Shown one piece after another: positions 10,247 to 20,160 of a DNA stretch of 32,000 bases. The position numbers were made by a program, and so were the translations under genes. A model generated the notes under the pieces. The model was not told where the DNA came from. It saw only the letters and a program-made list of their open reading frames with translations, and did no database searches. Source of the stretch: Isorropodon fossajaponicum endosymbiont JTNG4 (GTDB taxonomy: Bacteria > Pseudomonadota > Gammaproteobacteria > PS1 > Pseudothioglobaceae); assembly GCF_016592615.1 (NCBI RefSeq), contig NZ_AP013043.1, positions 1,380,001 to 1,412,000 on the forward strand. The letters run 5' to 3'. Each line of letters begins with the position of its first letter. The first letter of the stretch is position 1.

Positions 10247-10965
10247 TGAGCCAAGCACTCATCATAGCAGATTTACACCTTGCTGCTGATGAGGCAGACA
10301 AAACCCTTCTTTTTATTAAGTTTTGCCAAGAGCGAGCAGTTATGACTGATCAGCTTTTTATTCTTGGAGATTTGTTTAATGTTTGGCTGGGTGATGACTT
10401 ATCAATTAATTATTATCAAAAGGTTGTTTTGGCATTAAAAACACTGAGCCTTAAAACTAAAATTTTTATCATGGCTGGTAATCGTGATTTTTTACTAGGT
10501 GGTGGCTTTGCCAAGCAAACCAATTGTATTTTGATTGACACGCCTTATTTACTTGAAGTCAATAACCAGCAATATGTACTCACACATGGCGATGAGTTGT
10601 GTACTGATGACAAAGCCTACCAGCGTTTAAAGAACGTATTACAACACCCAATCACCAAATTTATTTTTCTGCATTCTGGGGCGAAACTACGCTTAAAAAT
10701 TAGCACCCAATTGCGCCAAAAAAGCATTAAAGCTCAACAACATAAATCATACGAGATTATGGATGTCAATACGGCAACCGTCAATCAACTAATGCAAAAA
10801 TACCCTGGTGCAAATCTTATTCACGGACACACACACCGATTAGACACTCATATTAATGATGACTTTACTAGATACGTATTGGGAGACTGGTCAAATAACC
10901 AAGGCAATGCAATTGAAATTAATCATCAATTAAATCGCCTTGAAATTAGCACGGCAGTCAACTAA
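10246..10965 (+). CDS. lpxH: UDP-2,3-diacylglucosamine diphosphatase
   Basis: 239 aa with the calcineurin-type motifs 'ADLHL', 'GDLF', 'GNRD', 'HGD' and 'GHTH'. A TAATG junction links it to ppiB. Confidence 0.85.
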   Translation: MSQALIIADLHLAADEADKTLLFIKFCQERAVMTDQLFILGDLFNVWLGDDLSINYYQKVVLALKTLSLKTKIFIMAGNRDFLLGGGFAKQTNCILIDTPYLLEVNNQQYVLTHGDELCTDDKAYQRLKNVLQHPITKFIFLHSGAKLRLKISTQLRQKSIKAQQHKSYEIMDVNTATVNQLMQKYPGANLIHGHTHRLDTHINDDFTRYVLGDWSNNQGNAIEINHQLNRLEISTAVN

Positions 10966-12735
10966 ATCAACGGTTGTCACCTTTAGCACTATCTTTTCAT
11001 CTGGCTTGGGCAAAATTTTAAACTTAATCTGCGTCATCATGTCCAGTTCAGGGATCATAAATAACGCTTTATCGCCACGTGTATCTACCACAACACCTTC
11101 GCCTTGCCATGATGGATTATCAAGCAGATAGACGCATTTATAATGGTCATTACTAGAACGCACTGCCCTACCAACACTAGACATGGTAGCATTATGAATG
11201 CCAATAATCTTTTTAACATCTTCCTTGCCTAATGTGTCTTTACCTTTGATAAAACAGCTAAGCTGCTGATGTGCGAGCAAATCAAGATACCTTCTAAGTG
11301 GACTGGTAATACGTAAATACGCTTTAAGACCTAGACCAAAATGTGGCAAATGCTTGGTGGATGTAGCTGGTCGTTTAAATTTTTTTGTGGCTTTAAACGA
11401 TTCAGACAAAGACAACGCGTCTTTATTATCCAGTGTTTCTTGTGGAAAATCGCCTTCATCTTGAATTGCATAAGGCATAACAATGTCATTATCAGTAGCA
11501 AATTTCGAAATAACACGACCTGCCATTACCATCATTTCAGCTACCAATTCACGACTTTGACTTGATCTTTGTGGCGTAATTGACACTTGACCTTGCTTAA
11601 ATCTAACATCAACATTGGGTAAATTTAAACTGATTGCGCCACAATTGTCTCTGTATTGTTTATGCACCTTTGTAATGCTTTGTAATTTGGACAAATGCTC
11701 ATTAGACGCTAACATTCCATCTGCATCATCATAACTGATATTGGTCACTTTAATTGAACTATGAATCACTTCAATATTATCAATCTCACCTGATTCTAAA
11801 GTAAACCCTATCGACAAAGCATTTGACGTTTCAGCCAGCCCCAATGCGCACATTTTTGTAGCAGAAATAGGTAGCATATGAATAATTTGCTCGGGCAAAT
11901 ATAAATTAGAAGCGCGTTCTTGTGCGTAAGCGTCCAACTCAGAACCAGCAGCAGCAATCAAAGACACGTCAGCAATATGAATCCAAATCTTATCCCTATC
12001 AATACTAATCGCATCATCAGCATCATTTGAATCAGCATTGTCTATTGCATAACTAGATAAATGCGTTAAATCAACCCGCTCAACTTGTGTCATACTAACA
12101 TCAATTTGTTCGTCCTTAGAAATATCATAACGCGCTGGATAGGGATTAAAACTTGGCTTGAAATAGTCAAGTCTTAATAACAATTTATACGCAGATTCAG
12201 GCGTATTTTCTATACCAATATTGGCCAAAATATTGGCGTGCTTAGATTGATTTAGCGCAACTTTTTCAATCTCTTCAATATAGGGTAAATCTTGTTCATC
12301 AAAGGTATTATTAGCAATATTATCCACACAGTGTTTAAGACTTTCAGTCTCAATAATTTGAGCATTGCGTTTAGCTTGGATGCTTTCAACTTGAGAAGTT
12401 AGGCGTATAAAAACTTTGTCTTTTTGCCAATAAAAATACAGACCGTCTTCAATTAAAACACAACTGCACCAAGCATTCTTAGCACTATATTCGTCAAACA
12501 ACCATTGTGTTATTTCTTCTAATGTTAGTGTTTCTTCTTGAAAATCTTCAAGAACAGCAATATCTGCATGTGCGCAAGTATCATTTACTTGAGCAAATTC
12601 AGGGTGAATAAAACGGAAATCTTTTTCTCGTACCGAACGCGAAGAACCATCAGCAAACTCTAATACAAATTTATGCATTGTTTGACTAACAATACGCGCA
12701 GGTTTACTTTTGTAGGCAACTAAAGCGTTAATCAA
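10930..12735 (-). CDS. rnb: RNB-domain exoribonuclease (RNase II family)
   Basis: 601 aa. RNB motifs 'IDNADSNDADDAISI' and 'HFGLGLKAYLRITSPLRRYLDLLAHQQL'. It converges on lpxH with a 36-nt overlap. Confidence 0.75.
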   Translation of the reverse strand: MINALVAYKSKPARIVSQTMHKFVLEFADGSSRSVREKDFRFIHPEFAQVNDTCAHADIAVLEDFQEETLTLEEITQWLFDEYSAKNAWCSCVLIEDGLYFYWQKDKVFIRLTSQVESIQAKRNAQIIETESLKHCVDNIANNTFDEQDLPYIEEIEKVALNQSKHANILANIGIENTPESAYKLLLRLDYFKPSFNPYPARYDISKDEQIDVSMTQVERVDLTHLSSYAIDNADSNDADDAISIDRDKIWIHIADVSLIAAAGSELDAYAQERASNLYLPEQIIHMLPISATKMCALGLAETSNALSIGFTLESGEIDNIEVIHSSIKVTNISYDDADGMLASNEHLSKLQSITKVHKQYRDNCGAISLNLPNVDVRFKQGQVSITPQRSSQSRELVAEMMVMAGRVISKFATDNDIVMPYAIQDEGDFPQETLDNKDALSLSESFKATKKFKRPATSTKHLPHFGLGLKAYLRITSPLRRYLDLLAHQQLSCFIKGKDTLGKEDVKKIIGIHNATMSSVGRAVRSSNDHYKCVYLLDNPSWQGEGVVVDTRGDKALFMIPELDMMTQIKFKILPKPDEKIVLKVTTVDLVDCRANFKAI

Positions 12736-12743
12736 TTTAAATT

Positions 12744-13118
12744 TTAGTCTCGTGTTTTCACATAAGTAGTAGCATCCATTAAGCCATCAACTGAATGAGA
12801 CTTAAATTTAACCAACCAGCCATCATCATAACAACTAGAATTAACCAGTTCTGGCTCGTCATCAAGCGCTTCGTTGGCTTTAATAATTTGCAAATCAGCA
12901 GGTGCATAAACGCTACTAGCCACTTTGACAGATTCAACCACACAAAATTCATCCTCGATAGAGACTTCATCATCAACGTTGGGTAATTCTACAAATACCA
13001 TATCACCTAATAATGCTTGTGCATGATCAGTAATGCCCATGGTATAAGTGCCGTCGCCATGATCTAAAATCCATTCGTGGGTTTGTGTGTATTGTCTATC
13101 CTCTCTTATTTCGCTCAT
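12744..13118 (-). CDS. gcvH: Glycine cleavage system H protein
   Basis: 124 aa. 'HEWI' start region and lipoyl-lysine motif 'VESVKVAS'. Confidence 0.9.
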   Translation of the reverse strand: MSEIREDRQYTQTHEWILDHGDGTYTMGITDHAQALLGDMVFVELPNVDDEVSIEDEFCVVESVKVASSVYAPADLQIIKANEALDDEPELVNSSCYDDGWLVKFKSHSVDGLMDATTYVKTRD

Positions 13119-13160
13119 GCTGTTCTCCTAAATTTTCTCAAGCAGGACTTGCCTACTTAT

Positions 13161-14237
13161 TTAAACCAATACTTTGCCATTACGCACGAATGGTGGTTTA
13201 ACTATTTTAGCACAAACTTGCTTTTTTCGTATCTCAATTTCACACTTACCAGTACTGCCCTTAGGCACACTTGCTAGTGCAATTGCCTTGCCCATAGTAG
13301 GTGAAAATATGCCTGAAGTAACTTCACCTTCACCCAGACTGGTGATTACTTTTTGATGGTCACGAATTACACCCTTGCCTTCTAAAACTAGACCAACAAT
13401 AGTCCTTTCAACGCCTTTTTCTTTTAATGCTTCTAATGCATCACGACCTATAAACGCACGATTTTCATTAACCAGATCAACCGTCCAAGTGAGTGCCGCT
13501 TCAAGCGGTGAAACATCATCACTCATCTCTGAGCCATATAAACTCATACCCGCTTCTAAGCGCAAAGTATCACGCGCACCCAAGCCGCAAGGCTTAACGC
13601 CAGCCTCAAGCAACATTTGCCAAGTAAATTTTGCTGAACTTGAAGGCAGTATAATCTCAAACCCATCTTCGCCTGTATAGCCTGTACGTGCAATGAATAA
13701 TCCACCTAAACTAGCTGCACTAAATGGCTTTAACTCACCACAAACCTCTTCAATCCCTGACATAGCTGCAAATACTTTTGCCCTTGCATTTGGACCTTGT
13801 ACAGCAATCATTGCTAAATCAGACATACACTCAACTGATACATCAAAACCATTTGCTTGAATGTTAATCCGGGCCATATCTTTTTCAGTAGTGCTTGCAT
13901 TAATTACCATACGATAATATTCGTCATTTTGATAATAAACAATCAAATCATCCACCACCCCGCCTGACTCATTTAGCATGCAACTATATAACGCCTTACC
14001 TTGTGTTTTTAGCTTATCAACATCATTAGTAATCAAAATTTGCAAAAATGCTTTTGCTTGCACGCCTTTAAAATCCACCACACTCATGTGCGAGACGTCA
14101 AACATACCTGCATCACGGCGCACTTGATGATGTTCCTCAATTTGTGAGCCGTAATTAAGTGGCATTTCCCAACCTCCAAAATCAACCATCTTTCCTTGCG
14201 ACTCTATGTGCATTTGATATAAAGGCGTTTGTTTCAT
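13161..14237 (-). CDS. gcvT: Glycine cleavage system aminomethyltransferase T
   Basis: 358 aa, 'FGGWEMPLNYGSQIEEH' and 'RDTLRLEAGM'. Confidence 0.9.
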   Translation of the reverse strand: MKQTPLYQMHIESQGKMVDFGGWEMPLNYGSQIEEHHQVRRDAGMFDVSHMSVVDFKGVQAKAFLQILITNDVDKLKTQGKALYSCMLNESGGVVDDLIVYYQNDEYYRMVINASTTEKDMARINIQANGFDVSVECMSDLAMIAVQGPNARAKVFAAMSGIEEVCGELKPFSAASLGGLFIARTGYTGEDGFEIILPSSSAKFTWQMLLEAGVKPCGLGARDTLRLEAGMSLYGSEMSDDVSPLEAALTWTVDLVNENRAFIGRDALEALKEKGVERTIVGLVLEGKGVIRDHQKVITSLGEGEVTSGIFSPTMGKAIALASVPKGSTGKCEIEIRKKQVCAKIVKPPFVRNGKVLV

Positions 14238-14890
14238 TATTTTTTATCCTCTTTAATGTGTTTTTTAATAAAAATTATCGTGATAACAATCAATATAAAT
14301 GTTAGCCCCATGGTGCCAAATAGCTTGAAATTAACCCAAGATTCTTCAGTCTGCTGGGCAATAATACAAAGTTGCTCCATTATTGTATTTGCACAATCTA
14401 GCTCTGTCAATTCAATTTTAGAATCAAGTTCAGTAGTAGTAAATAACTCCTTTCTAGCACCTAAAGCAAGATTAACATAATAAGCATTAACAATAGCAAT
14501 GCCCGTAAACCCAAGCCCCCACAACCAACTAAGTTGATGCCACACATTTTCTGGCAATTCTAGTTCTTTACCCAACATCCTTTGCAATAAAGTTTTCTTG
14601 CCAATCCACATACTCAACACTAGTGCAAAAGCAAACACCCCATACAACACACTAACTTTCCACATTAAAAATGCAGGATTTCTAAGGGCAAGTGTTACAC
14701 CACCTAAAATCACCAATAAACCAAATGTTATTAAATGGATATTTTCAAACTTGCCCGTTCGATAGCGGGCAATCATTATCTGCAAAAAAGTTGCACCAAT
14801 CATGGCATAAATTGCCATATACAAACCCATCGTCTTATAGATAAGAAAAAATAGGGCAATAGGAAAAAAATCAAGTAAAAATTTCATCAC
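14237..14890 (-). CDS. yciB: Septation/inner-membrane protein YciB (IspZ) with an internal insertion
   Basis: 217 aa. 'KFLLDFFPIALFF', 'LLQRMLGKELELP' and 'WVNFKLFG' track E. coli YciB as I recall it. About 38 extra residues sit before 'WVNFK'. Confidence 0.75.
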   Translation of the reverse strand: MMKFLLDFFPIALFFLIYKTMGLYMAIYAMIGATFLQIMIARYRTGKFENIHLITFGLLVILGGVTLALRNPAFLMWKVSVLYGVFAFALVLSMWIGKKTLLQRMLGKELELPENVWHQLSWLWGLGFTGIAIVNAYYVNLALGARKELFTTTELDSKIELTELDCANTIMEQLCIIAQQTEESWVNFKLFGTMGLTFILIVITIIFIKKHIKEDKK

Positions 14891-15100
14891 TTACTCCAAA
14901 TGCTCTTTTGAGCAATACACCTTATTATTTTGAATGATTGCCTCATTTTCAGGAATATGAACCTTACAAACACTACAAGCAAGCATTTTATTAACCGATG
15001 ATTTTTGGTCAATACGATCAGCTGGTTTTCTAAACCTTTTTAAAAGCCAAAAGCCCGTCCACACAAATAAAACAATAATAATTAACTTAGCAATTCCCAT
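14891..15100 (-). CDS. Small membrane-anchored Cys-rich protein (PP0621-like)
   Basis: Probable start at 'MGIAKLIIIVLFVW' (one TM segment), followed by 'CSVCKVHIPENEA...YCSKEH'. The longer ORF reaching 15136 is less likely. Confidence 0.45.
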   Translation of the reverse strand: MGIAKLIIIVLFVWTGFWLLKRFRKPADRIDQKSSVNKMLACSVCKVHIPENEAIIQNNKVYCSKEHLE

Positions 15101-15189
15101 ACAATTCAACTCTGACAAAAAGTGAAATTTTACCAATGCTTAGTATATAATTGCCTCTTTTTATGTGTCGATAATTCACAAACTAAACT

Positions 15190-15276
15190 GCCCGGGTGGT
15201 GAAATTGGTAGACACACAGGACTTAAAATCCTGCGGCTTCACAGCTGTGCCGGTTCGATTCCGGCCCCGGGCACCA
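15190..15276 (+). tRNA. tRNA-Leu (anticodon UAA), CCA encoded
   Basis: Acceptor stem GCCCGGG/CCCGGGC. Anticodon stem CAGGA/TCCTG with loop CT-TAA-AA. Long variable arm (class II tRNA). T-arm GCCGG-TTCGATT-CCGGC. Ends in ACCA. Confidence 0.95.
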
Positions 15277-15388
15277 ACTTCAAGTTAAATCTATGTCTCA
15301 GTATGTCTATAATTTGTATATGACACATAACATTTATAGGAACTTAACACTTTGTTTTAGTTTTTATAAATCTACCCACTATTAAAAG

Positions 15389-16179
15389 ATGTTGAATGAA
15401 TTAAGAATTTAAAGCCAAAAGGTATTAAGCACTGGTGTTATAGATATAAATTCAATGGCAAAGAAACAATGTTGACTATGGGAAAATATCCTGTTGTTAG
15501 TCTACCTGAAGCTAGAAAAAATAGAGATTCTTATAGGTTGTTGCTTGATCAAGAACTCAACCCTAATACCGTCAAAAATCAAGAAAAATAGCTAATATAA
15601 AGAGAGAACTTGAGTCTAAATCTTTTTCAGAAATGTTTTATGGGTGGCGCAATCAAAATAAAACTGTCTGGAGTCTGAAACACACAAATAAAGTCTTAAA
15701 ACAAATGTCATTGATCTAGAGCCACAAAATTTACTCGTTGTATTTAGAAGAATTGAAGCAAATGGCACTATTGAAACACTACAAAAAGTAAAAAGTCACG
15801 CAAGCAGGGTTTTTCGCTACTGTGTCGGTATTGGCATTATAAAGCATGACCCAACAAGGGATTTACCAGGCAACATATTCAAGAAAGCAAAGACAAACCA
15901 TTATGCCACGATTACCGATCCTAAAGAGATTGGTGGATTGCTAAAGATGATTAATGTCTACCAAGGTAGTTATCAAATAGAGACAGCTTTAAAAACTGCT
16001 CCTTATTTATTCCTGCGACCGAATGAACTGGCTGGGCTCAGATGGAATGAAATAGATTTTAACAATAAACTCATTAGAATTAGTGCAAGTCGTATGAAAA
16101 CTAATGTATCGCATATTGTTCCATTGTGTACACAGGTCGTTGATTTATTAAAAAATATAAAGACTATTAATTCTGATAG
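15389..16179 (+). pseudogene. P4-type tyrosine integrase remnant, truncated by the IS end
   Basis: Pieces lie in several frames. They read 'IKNLKPKGIKHWCYRYKFNGKETMLTMGKYPVVSLPEARKNRD', 'SFSEMFYGWRNQNKTVWSLKHTNKVLKQ' and 'LEPQNLLVVFRRIEANGTIETLQKVKSHASRVFRYCVGIGIIKHDPTRDL'. ORF 15938..16192 adds 'LFLRPNELAGLRWNEIDF'. There are multiple stops, frameshifts and internal deletions. The C-terminal catalytic part (H-x-x-R, Tyr) is absent because the IS terminus starts at 16180. Confidence 0.8.
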
Positions 16180-16702
16180 TGCAATGCTCTAACCTACTTG
16201 GACACATTTCAAGCCGCTTTTTTCAATTCAGCCATCTTTTGAGCAGGTGTTAAATACCCAATCGCTGAATGAATCCTTTTGTAATTATACAAGTAGATAT
16301 AACCCTCTACATTTTGCACGACTTCACTATGATTTGCAAAACTTTGATAATTTAATCTCTCAGTCTTCAGACTTCTAAAGAAACGCTCCATGACCGCATT
16401 ATCCCAACAATTACCTCGCCTGCTCATGCTTTGAGTAATGTTGTTCTTGTTGCAATAATCAATAAAAACTTTAGAAGAGTATTGAGTCCCTTGATCAGAG
16501 TGGAACATGTGTTTATTTGTATTGGGCTGGTGTCTAGACACAGCATTACTAAGCGCATCCTTTGCCAACTGAGCATTAGGCTGTTTTGACAATGCCCAAC
16601 CAACAACTTGTCTTGAGCCTAAATCCAACACACTGGCTAAATAACTCCCACCTTGATAGGTTTTGATATAGGTAATATCACCAATAAAATTAGACTATTG
16701 CA
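16180..16702 (-). mobile_element. IS3-family element, internally deleted derivative retaining both termini
   Basis: 16180-16684 is the reverse complement of 26233-26737, with no mismatch found by eye; the 140-aa and 60-aa translations are identical. It starts with TGCAATGCTCTAACC. The last 18 nt (16685-16702, taaaattagactattgca) are not in the other copy, but their reverse complement TGCAATAGTCTAATTTTA matches the other terminus at 12/18 positions, including TGCAAT and TCTAA. This gives the TG...CA ends expected for the IS3 family. Only the C-terminal DDE part of the transposase remains. Confidence 0.75.
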
Positions 16703-16774
16703 GTATTGTGCTACTCATGTTCTTTCTCCTTTTTGGGGATTATAAAATATGAGGGTTTACACAATCTGGTTTAC

Positions 16775-17713
16775 AGGGTCTTTGATTGCTTTAATTTCAC
16801 CACCGTCGCCTACTTGAGTGCTGGTGGCATGGGCATTGATATAGTCAATTTTATCGACATCAAAGTCTTTTGCCTGATAAATCGCTTTTTACATAGCAAG
16901 AACAACTCCCTCGGCATTGAGTTTAACAATATCACAGCCATCACTGCTAGCGCCATAAGCAACCAGCTCTGCAAGAATATTGACACCTCTTTGTTGAGCA
17001 TGCTCTAAGTTTTCCAAAACGACAATGCCAGCACCACTAGAGAACACAAAACCACCTCTATTTTTAGCAAACGGTATAGATGCGTTTTTAGGATTGTCAG
17101 TTGCAGACAAAACTCTCATTGCATCAAATAACACAGCAGATGACCAATGCACCTCATCGCCACCACCTGCAAACATCACAGTTTGCTTGCCTTGTTGAAT
17201 TTGTTCAAATGCACTACCAATACAGTGGCTAGAAGTGGCACTAATAGAATAGCTCAATCCTTTGATTTTAAATAGGCTTGCTAAATTAGCACTGGCAGTT
17301 GAACTCATGGTTTTTAAAATACGGAACGGGTCAATGCCTTTAATACCTTTTTGCTTGAACGTTTCATAGGTATTAATGACATTATCATTTGAAGCACTGC
17401 CCGAGCCAACGATAAGCCCTGTATTTTTATTGGATATGTCAGTTTTATTTAAACCTGACATTTCAACAGTCTGTTGTATGGCAATGGCACAAAAAGAAGC
17501 AACAGGTGATAAAAACGCAATTGCTTGTGTGTTAGATATTGAGCAGCATCAATATCAACATTACCAATGACTTGCGAGCGCAGGTTCAGTTCTTTTAGTT
17601 CATCTGAAAAGATAATTCCAGATTTTTGATTTTTTAAAGATGATAGAACAGACTCCATGTTTGTTACCAACACTGCTAACAATACCCATTCCTGTAATAG
17701 CAACTCTATTCAA
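16775..17713 (-). pseudogene. fabB: Beta-ketoacyl-ACP synthase I (FabB-type), degraded and 3'-truncated
   Basis: A TTG start at 17713 follows an AAGGA Shine-Dalgarno; 'NRVAITGMGIVSSVGN' then shifts frame to 'MESVLSSLKNQKSGIIFS'. A second shift leads to ORF 16889..17461 ('HCIGSAFEQIQQGKQTVMFAGGGDE', 'FDAM'). 'YSISATSSHCIG' replaces the canonical 'YSISSACATSAHCIG', so the catalytic Cys is deleted. There is an in-frame TAA at 16889-16891. Similarity ends after 'NAHATSTQVGDGGEIKAIKD', so roughly the last 85 codons are gone. Confidence 0.8.
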
Positions 17714-18229
17714 ATTTTATCCTTGGTTAGAAACAACAAAATTAAGCACTTATTTTAAACCTTTATCATGCATAAAAATATCTGGATTTTACTTAGCCTC
17801 AAAATTCAAACAACACCTTTTTTAAATGTTGGCAAATTGCTTTTTTTATTTAAGCCCAAATAGATTCTGTGAAGTTTAATTCCCTCTGCAGAAATAGTAA
17901 ATAATTTTTGAAATAGTGGAAAATTAGAAATTCCATAATTTTATAGTGGTACCTTTCAAAGAAATTTTTAGTGTTGTTCTTTCCACGATTAACAATGACA
18001 AAACTACCCTATCATTCTTACCACATCTTTTTAAAACGAGCTTTCTTCCAGTTTTTTCCTTTCAGCATGATCCAACATGTGATTAACTTCTTTGATATGC
18101 CTACAATAAACTTTGGAATAATAAATGCTAGAAATAGCAACGAGACAACGAAACTCTAGCTGTTGAGTTTTTTTAAGTGAACAAATATTGTTTTGTAGAT
18201 TTCATAGGCTGTGTTTAATTGGCGTAATG

Positions 18230-18775
18230 TCACTGGTTGTTAATCACATCTCTTGCCATGTATAAGGCTGCAATGCTTCTGGCTTCAGTTAAATCCTCAT
18301 TGTAAACCAAGTTTTCTAAATCGACCATCTTAAATGCGACTACCTCTAATGGTTCCGGTTCATCGCCTTGTGCACTCGCTTTATATAAATCTTGCGCTAG
18401 TACAATGTAGGTAATACTAGATTGATAGCCAGGCGCAATGGTCATTTCTTTGATAAAAGTTAATTTGTTAGCACCAAAGCCAATTTCCTCAATTAACTCT
18501 CTATTAGCAGCCTCAATAGGTGTTTCGCCATCATCAATCCTTCCCTTGGTTAATGCGAGTTCATATCGATCTGTACCACCAGAATACTCATAAATCATCA
18601 ACACAGTTTCAGTATCTAACATTGGTATAACTAATACTGCACCATTGCCTGGCGGTTTTAAACGCTCGTATACTCTCTTTGAACCATTTGAAAATTCAAT
18701 ATCCATTTCCTCAATATTGAAAAAACGCGTTGTGGCAATGGTTTTAATATTTAATACTGTAGGCCTCTTACGCAT
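18230..18775 (-). CDS. nudE: ADP compounds hydrolase NudE (Nudix)
   Basis: Nudix box 'GRIDDGETPIEAANRELIEEIGFGA'. 'EFSNGSKRVYERL' and 'GDEPEPLEVV' match E. coli NudE as I recall it. The start is taken at 'MRKRPTVLNI'; the ORF track extends to 18814. Confidence 0.8.
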   Translation of the reverse strand: MRKRPTVLNIKTIATTRFFNIEEMDIEFSNGSKRVYERLKPPGNGAVLVIPMLDTETVLMIYEYSGGTDRYELALTKGRIDDGETPIEAANRELIEEIGFGANKLTFIKEMTIAPGYQSSITYIVLAQDLYKASAQGDEPEPLEVVAFKMVDLENLVYNEDLTEARSIAALYMARDVINNQ

Positions 18776-18783
18776 GGTTGGTA

Positions 18784-20051
18784 TTATGCCATTGATTGAT
18801 ACAATAACAGCCAAATATAAAGCCGGTTTTTACGATTGGGCAGTCTTATTAAGACATACAGCCCAGACACAATCATAGCAACAGATGCTAATAAAAATGG
18901 TGCTGTTAATGCTTGGGTCATTTGTGCAGTCGTGCCTAGTGTTAATGCTGCCACAGCATAACCAAAATCACGCCAAAATCGATAAATACCCAGTAGTATT
19001 CCCCCGTGTTTCTACTGGCGCAAAATCAGCGACAGCAGCGCCCAATTTTGAATATAACATGGCCATACCTATGCCCATTATTCCAGCTTCCAATGTCCAT
19101 AAAAATACATTATTCGTATATGGAATGCTTAACAAGCCAAGCCCGCATAACCACATACCACTAACAATTAACACTTTGTGCGTCCAACTTTATCAGATAA
19201 AGGCCCCGTAATCAACTGAGAACCGCCCCATACAAGTGCATACACTGAAACAATAGCACCACCTTCTATCAGCGTTAGCGACTTAGATAAAAAAACACGG
19301 GCAAAAATATCCAAACCATGGCATCTGTAAATTTTACTATCAGTCCTGCTTGATTCAACGACAGCAAAATCTTATCATGCCAACTCGCTTGAATAAACAA
19401 CTTGTCAAGACTTTGCTATGCCATTAAGGACTCACCTCTTTGGTGCAACTTAGCCCATGGCATGGTTTCCTTGATATAAAAGATGGATGAAAATAACCCA
19501 AGCACAATGACCACAATACCAAATATGAACAAACCTTGTCTTGCGCCAATCAGATTAACAATATAAGCAGTTGCCACGCCAGCAATAGCAACATAACCAG
19601 AAAATTCGTTAATACCACTGACCAATCCTTTTTGGTTTGATCGTGCTAAATCTAGCTTGCTATTAATGGTCATTGACCAACACAAGCCTTGATTAATGCC
19701 TAACAACAAGGTTGACGCCATAATCCAATTCCAATTAGGTGCATATAAAATCATAAACGGCATCGGGATTGCAACAATCCATCCTGCAATTAGCACGCGT
19801 TTACGACCATATTGATCACTCAAACGACCTGCTAATAGATTCATCACAACCTTAACCACACCGAACACAACCACAAAAGAAGTTAACAATAAAAACTGCT
19901 GCTTACCTAAATTAAACTCTGCATCTGCCAAACCAGGAATAACCACTCTTGTCATACCAATCGCAAAACCTACTAAAAAAACTTGCATTAGTTGAAGAAT
20001 AATTTGTGATTTATTCTCAAATATGCCATGCTGTATCTCTTGTATTGACAT
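18784..20051 (-). pseudogene. MFS transporter, C-terminal half fragmented
   Basis: The N-terminal 211 aa are intact (19416..20051, 'LSDQYGRKRVL' loop motif) and end at an in-frame TAG (19416-19418). The remainder is spread over at least 3 frames ('GGAIVSVYALVWGGSQLITGPLSDKVGR', 'GMWLCGLGLLSIP', 'RGILLGIYRFWRDFGYAVAALTLG'). Confidence 0.75.
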
Positions 20052-20160
20052 AATTAAATACCCTCTAATTGTTACATATTTAGCCTTATATAATCAATAA
20101 GGGTAGGCTTATTTGGTTTGTTTTATATTCTAACTGAGCATACTCCTAAAACCTGATAAG

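Noticed and set aside
10930-10965. 36-nt convergent overlap of the lpxH and rnb 3' ends.
   Set aside because: Both proteins have normal lengths and termini. This is compaction, not a feature.
10940-13680. ORFs 10940..11131, 11331..11565, 12779..12986 and 13077..13680.
   Set aside because: They overlap rnb, gcvH or gcvT in other frames or strands. They have no independent support.
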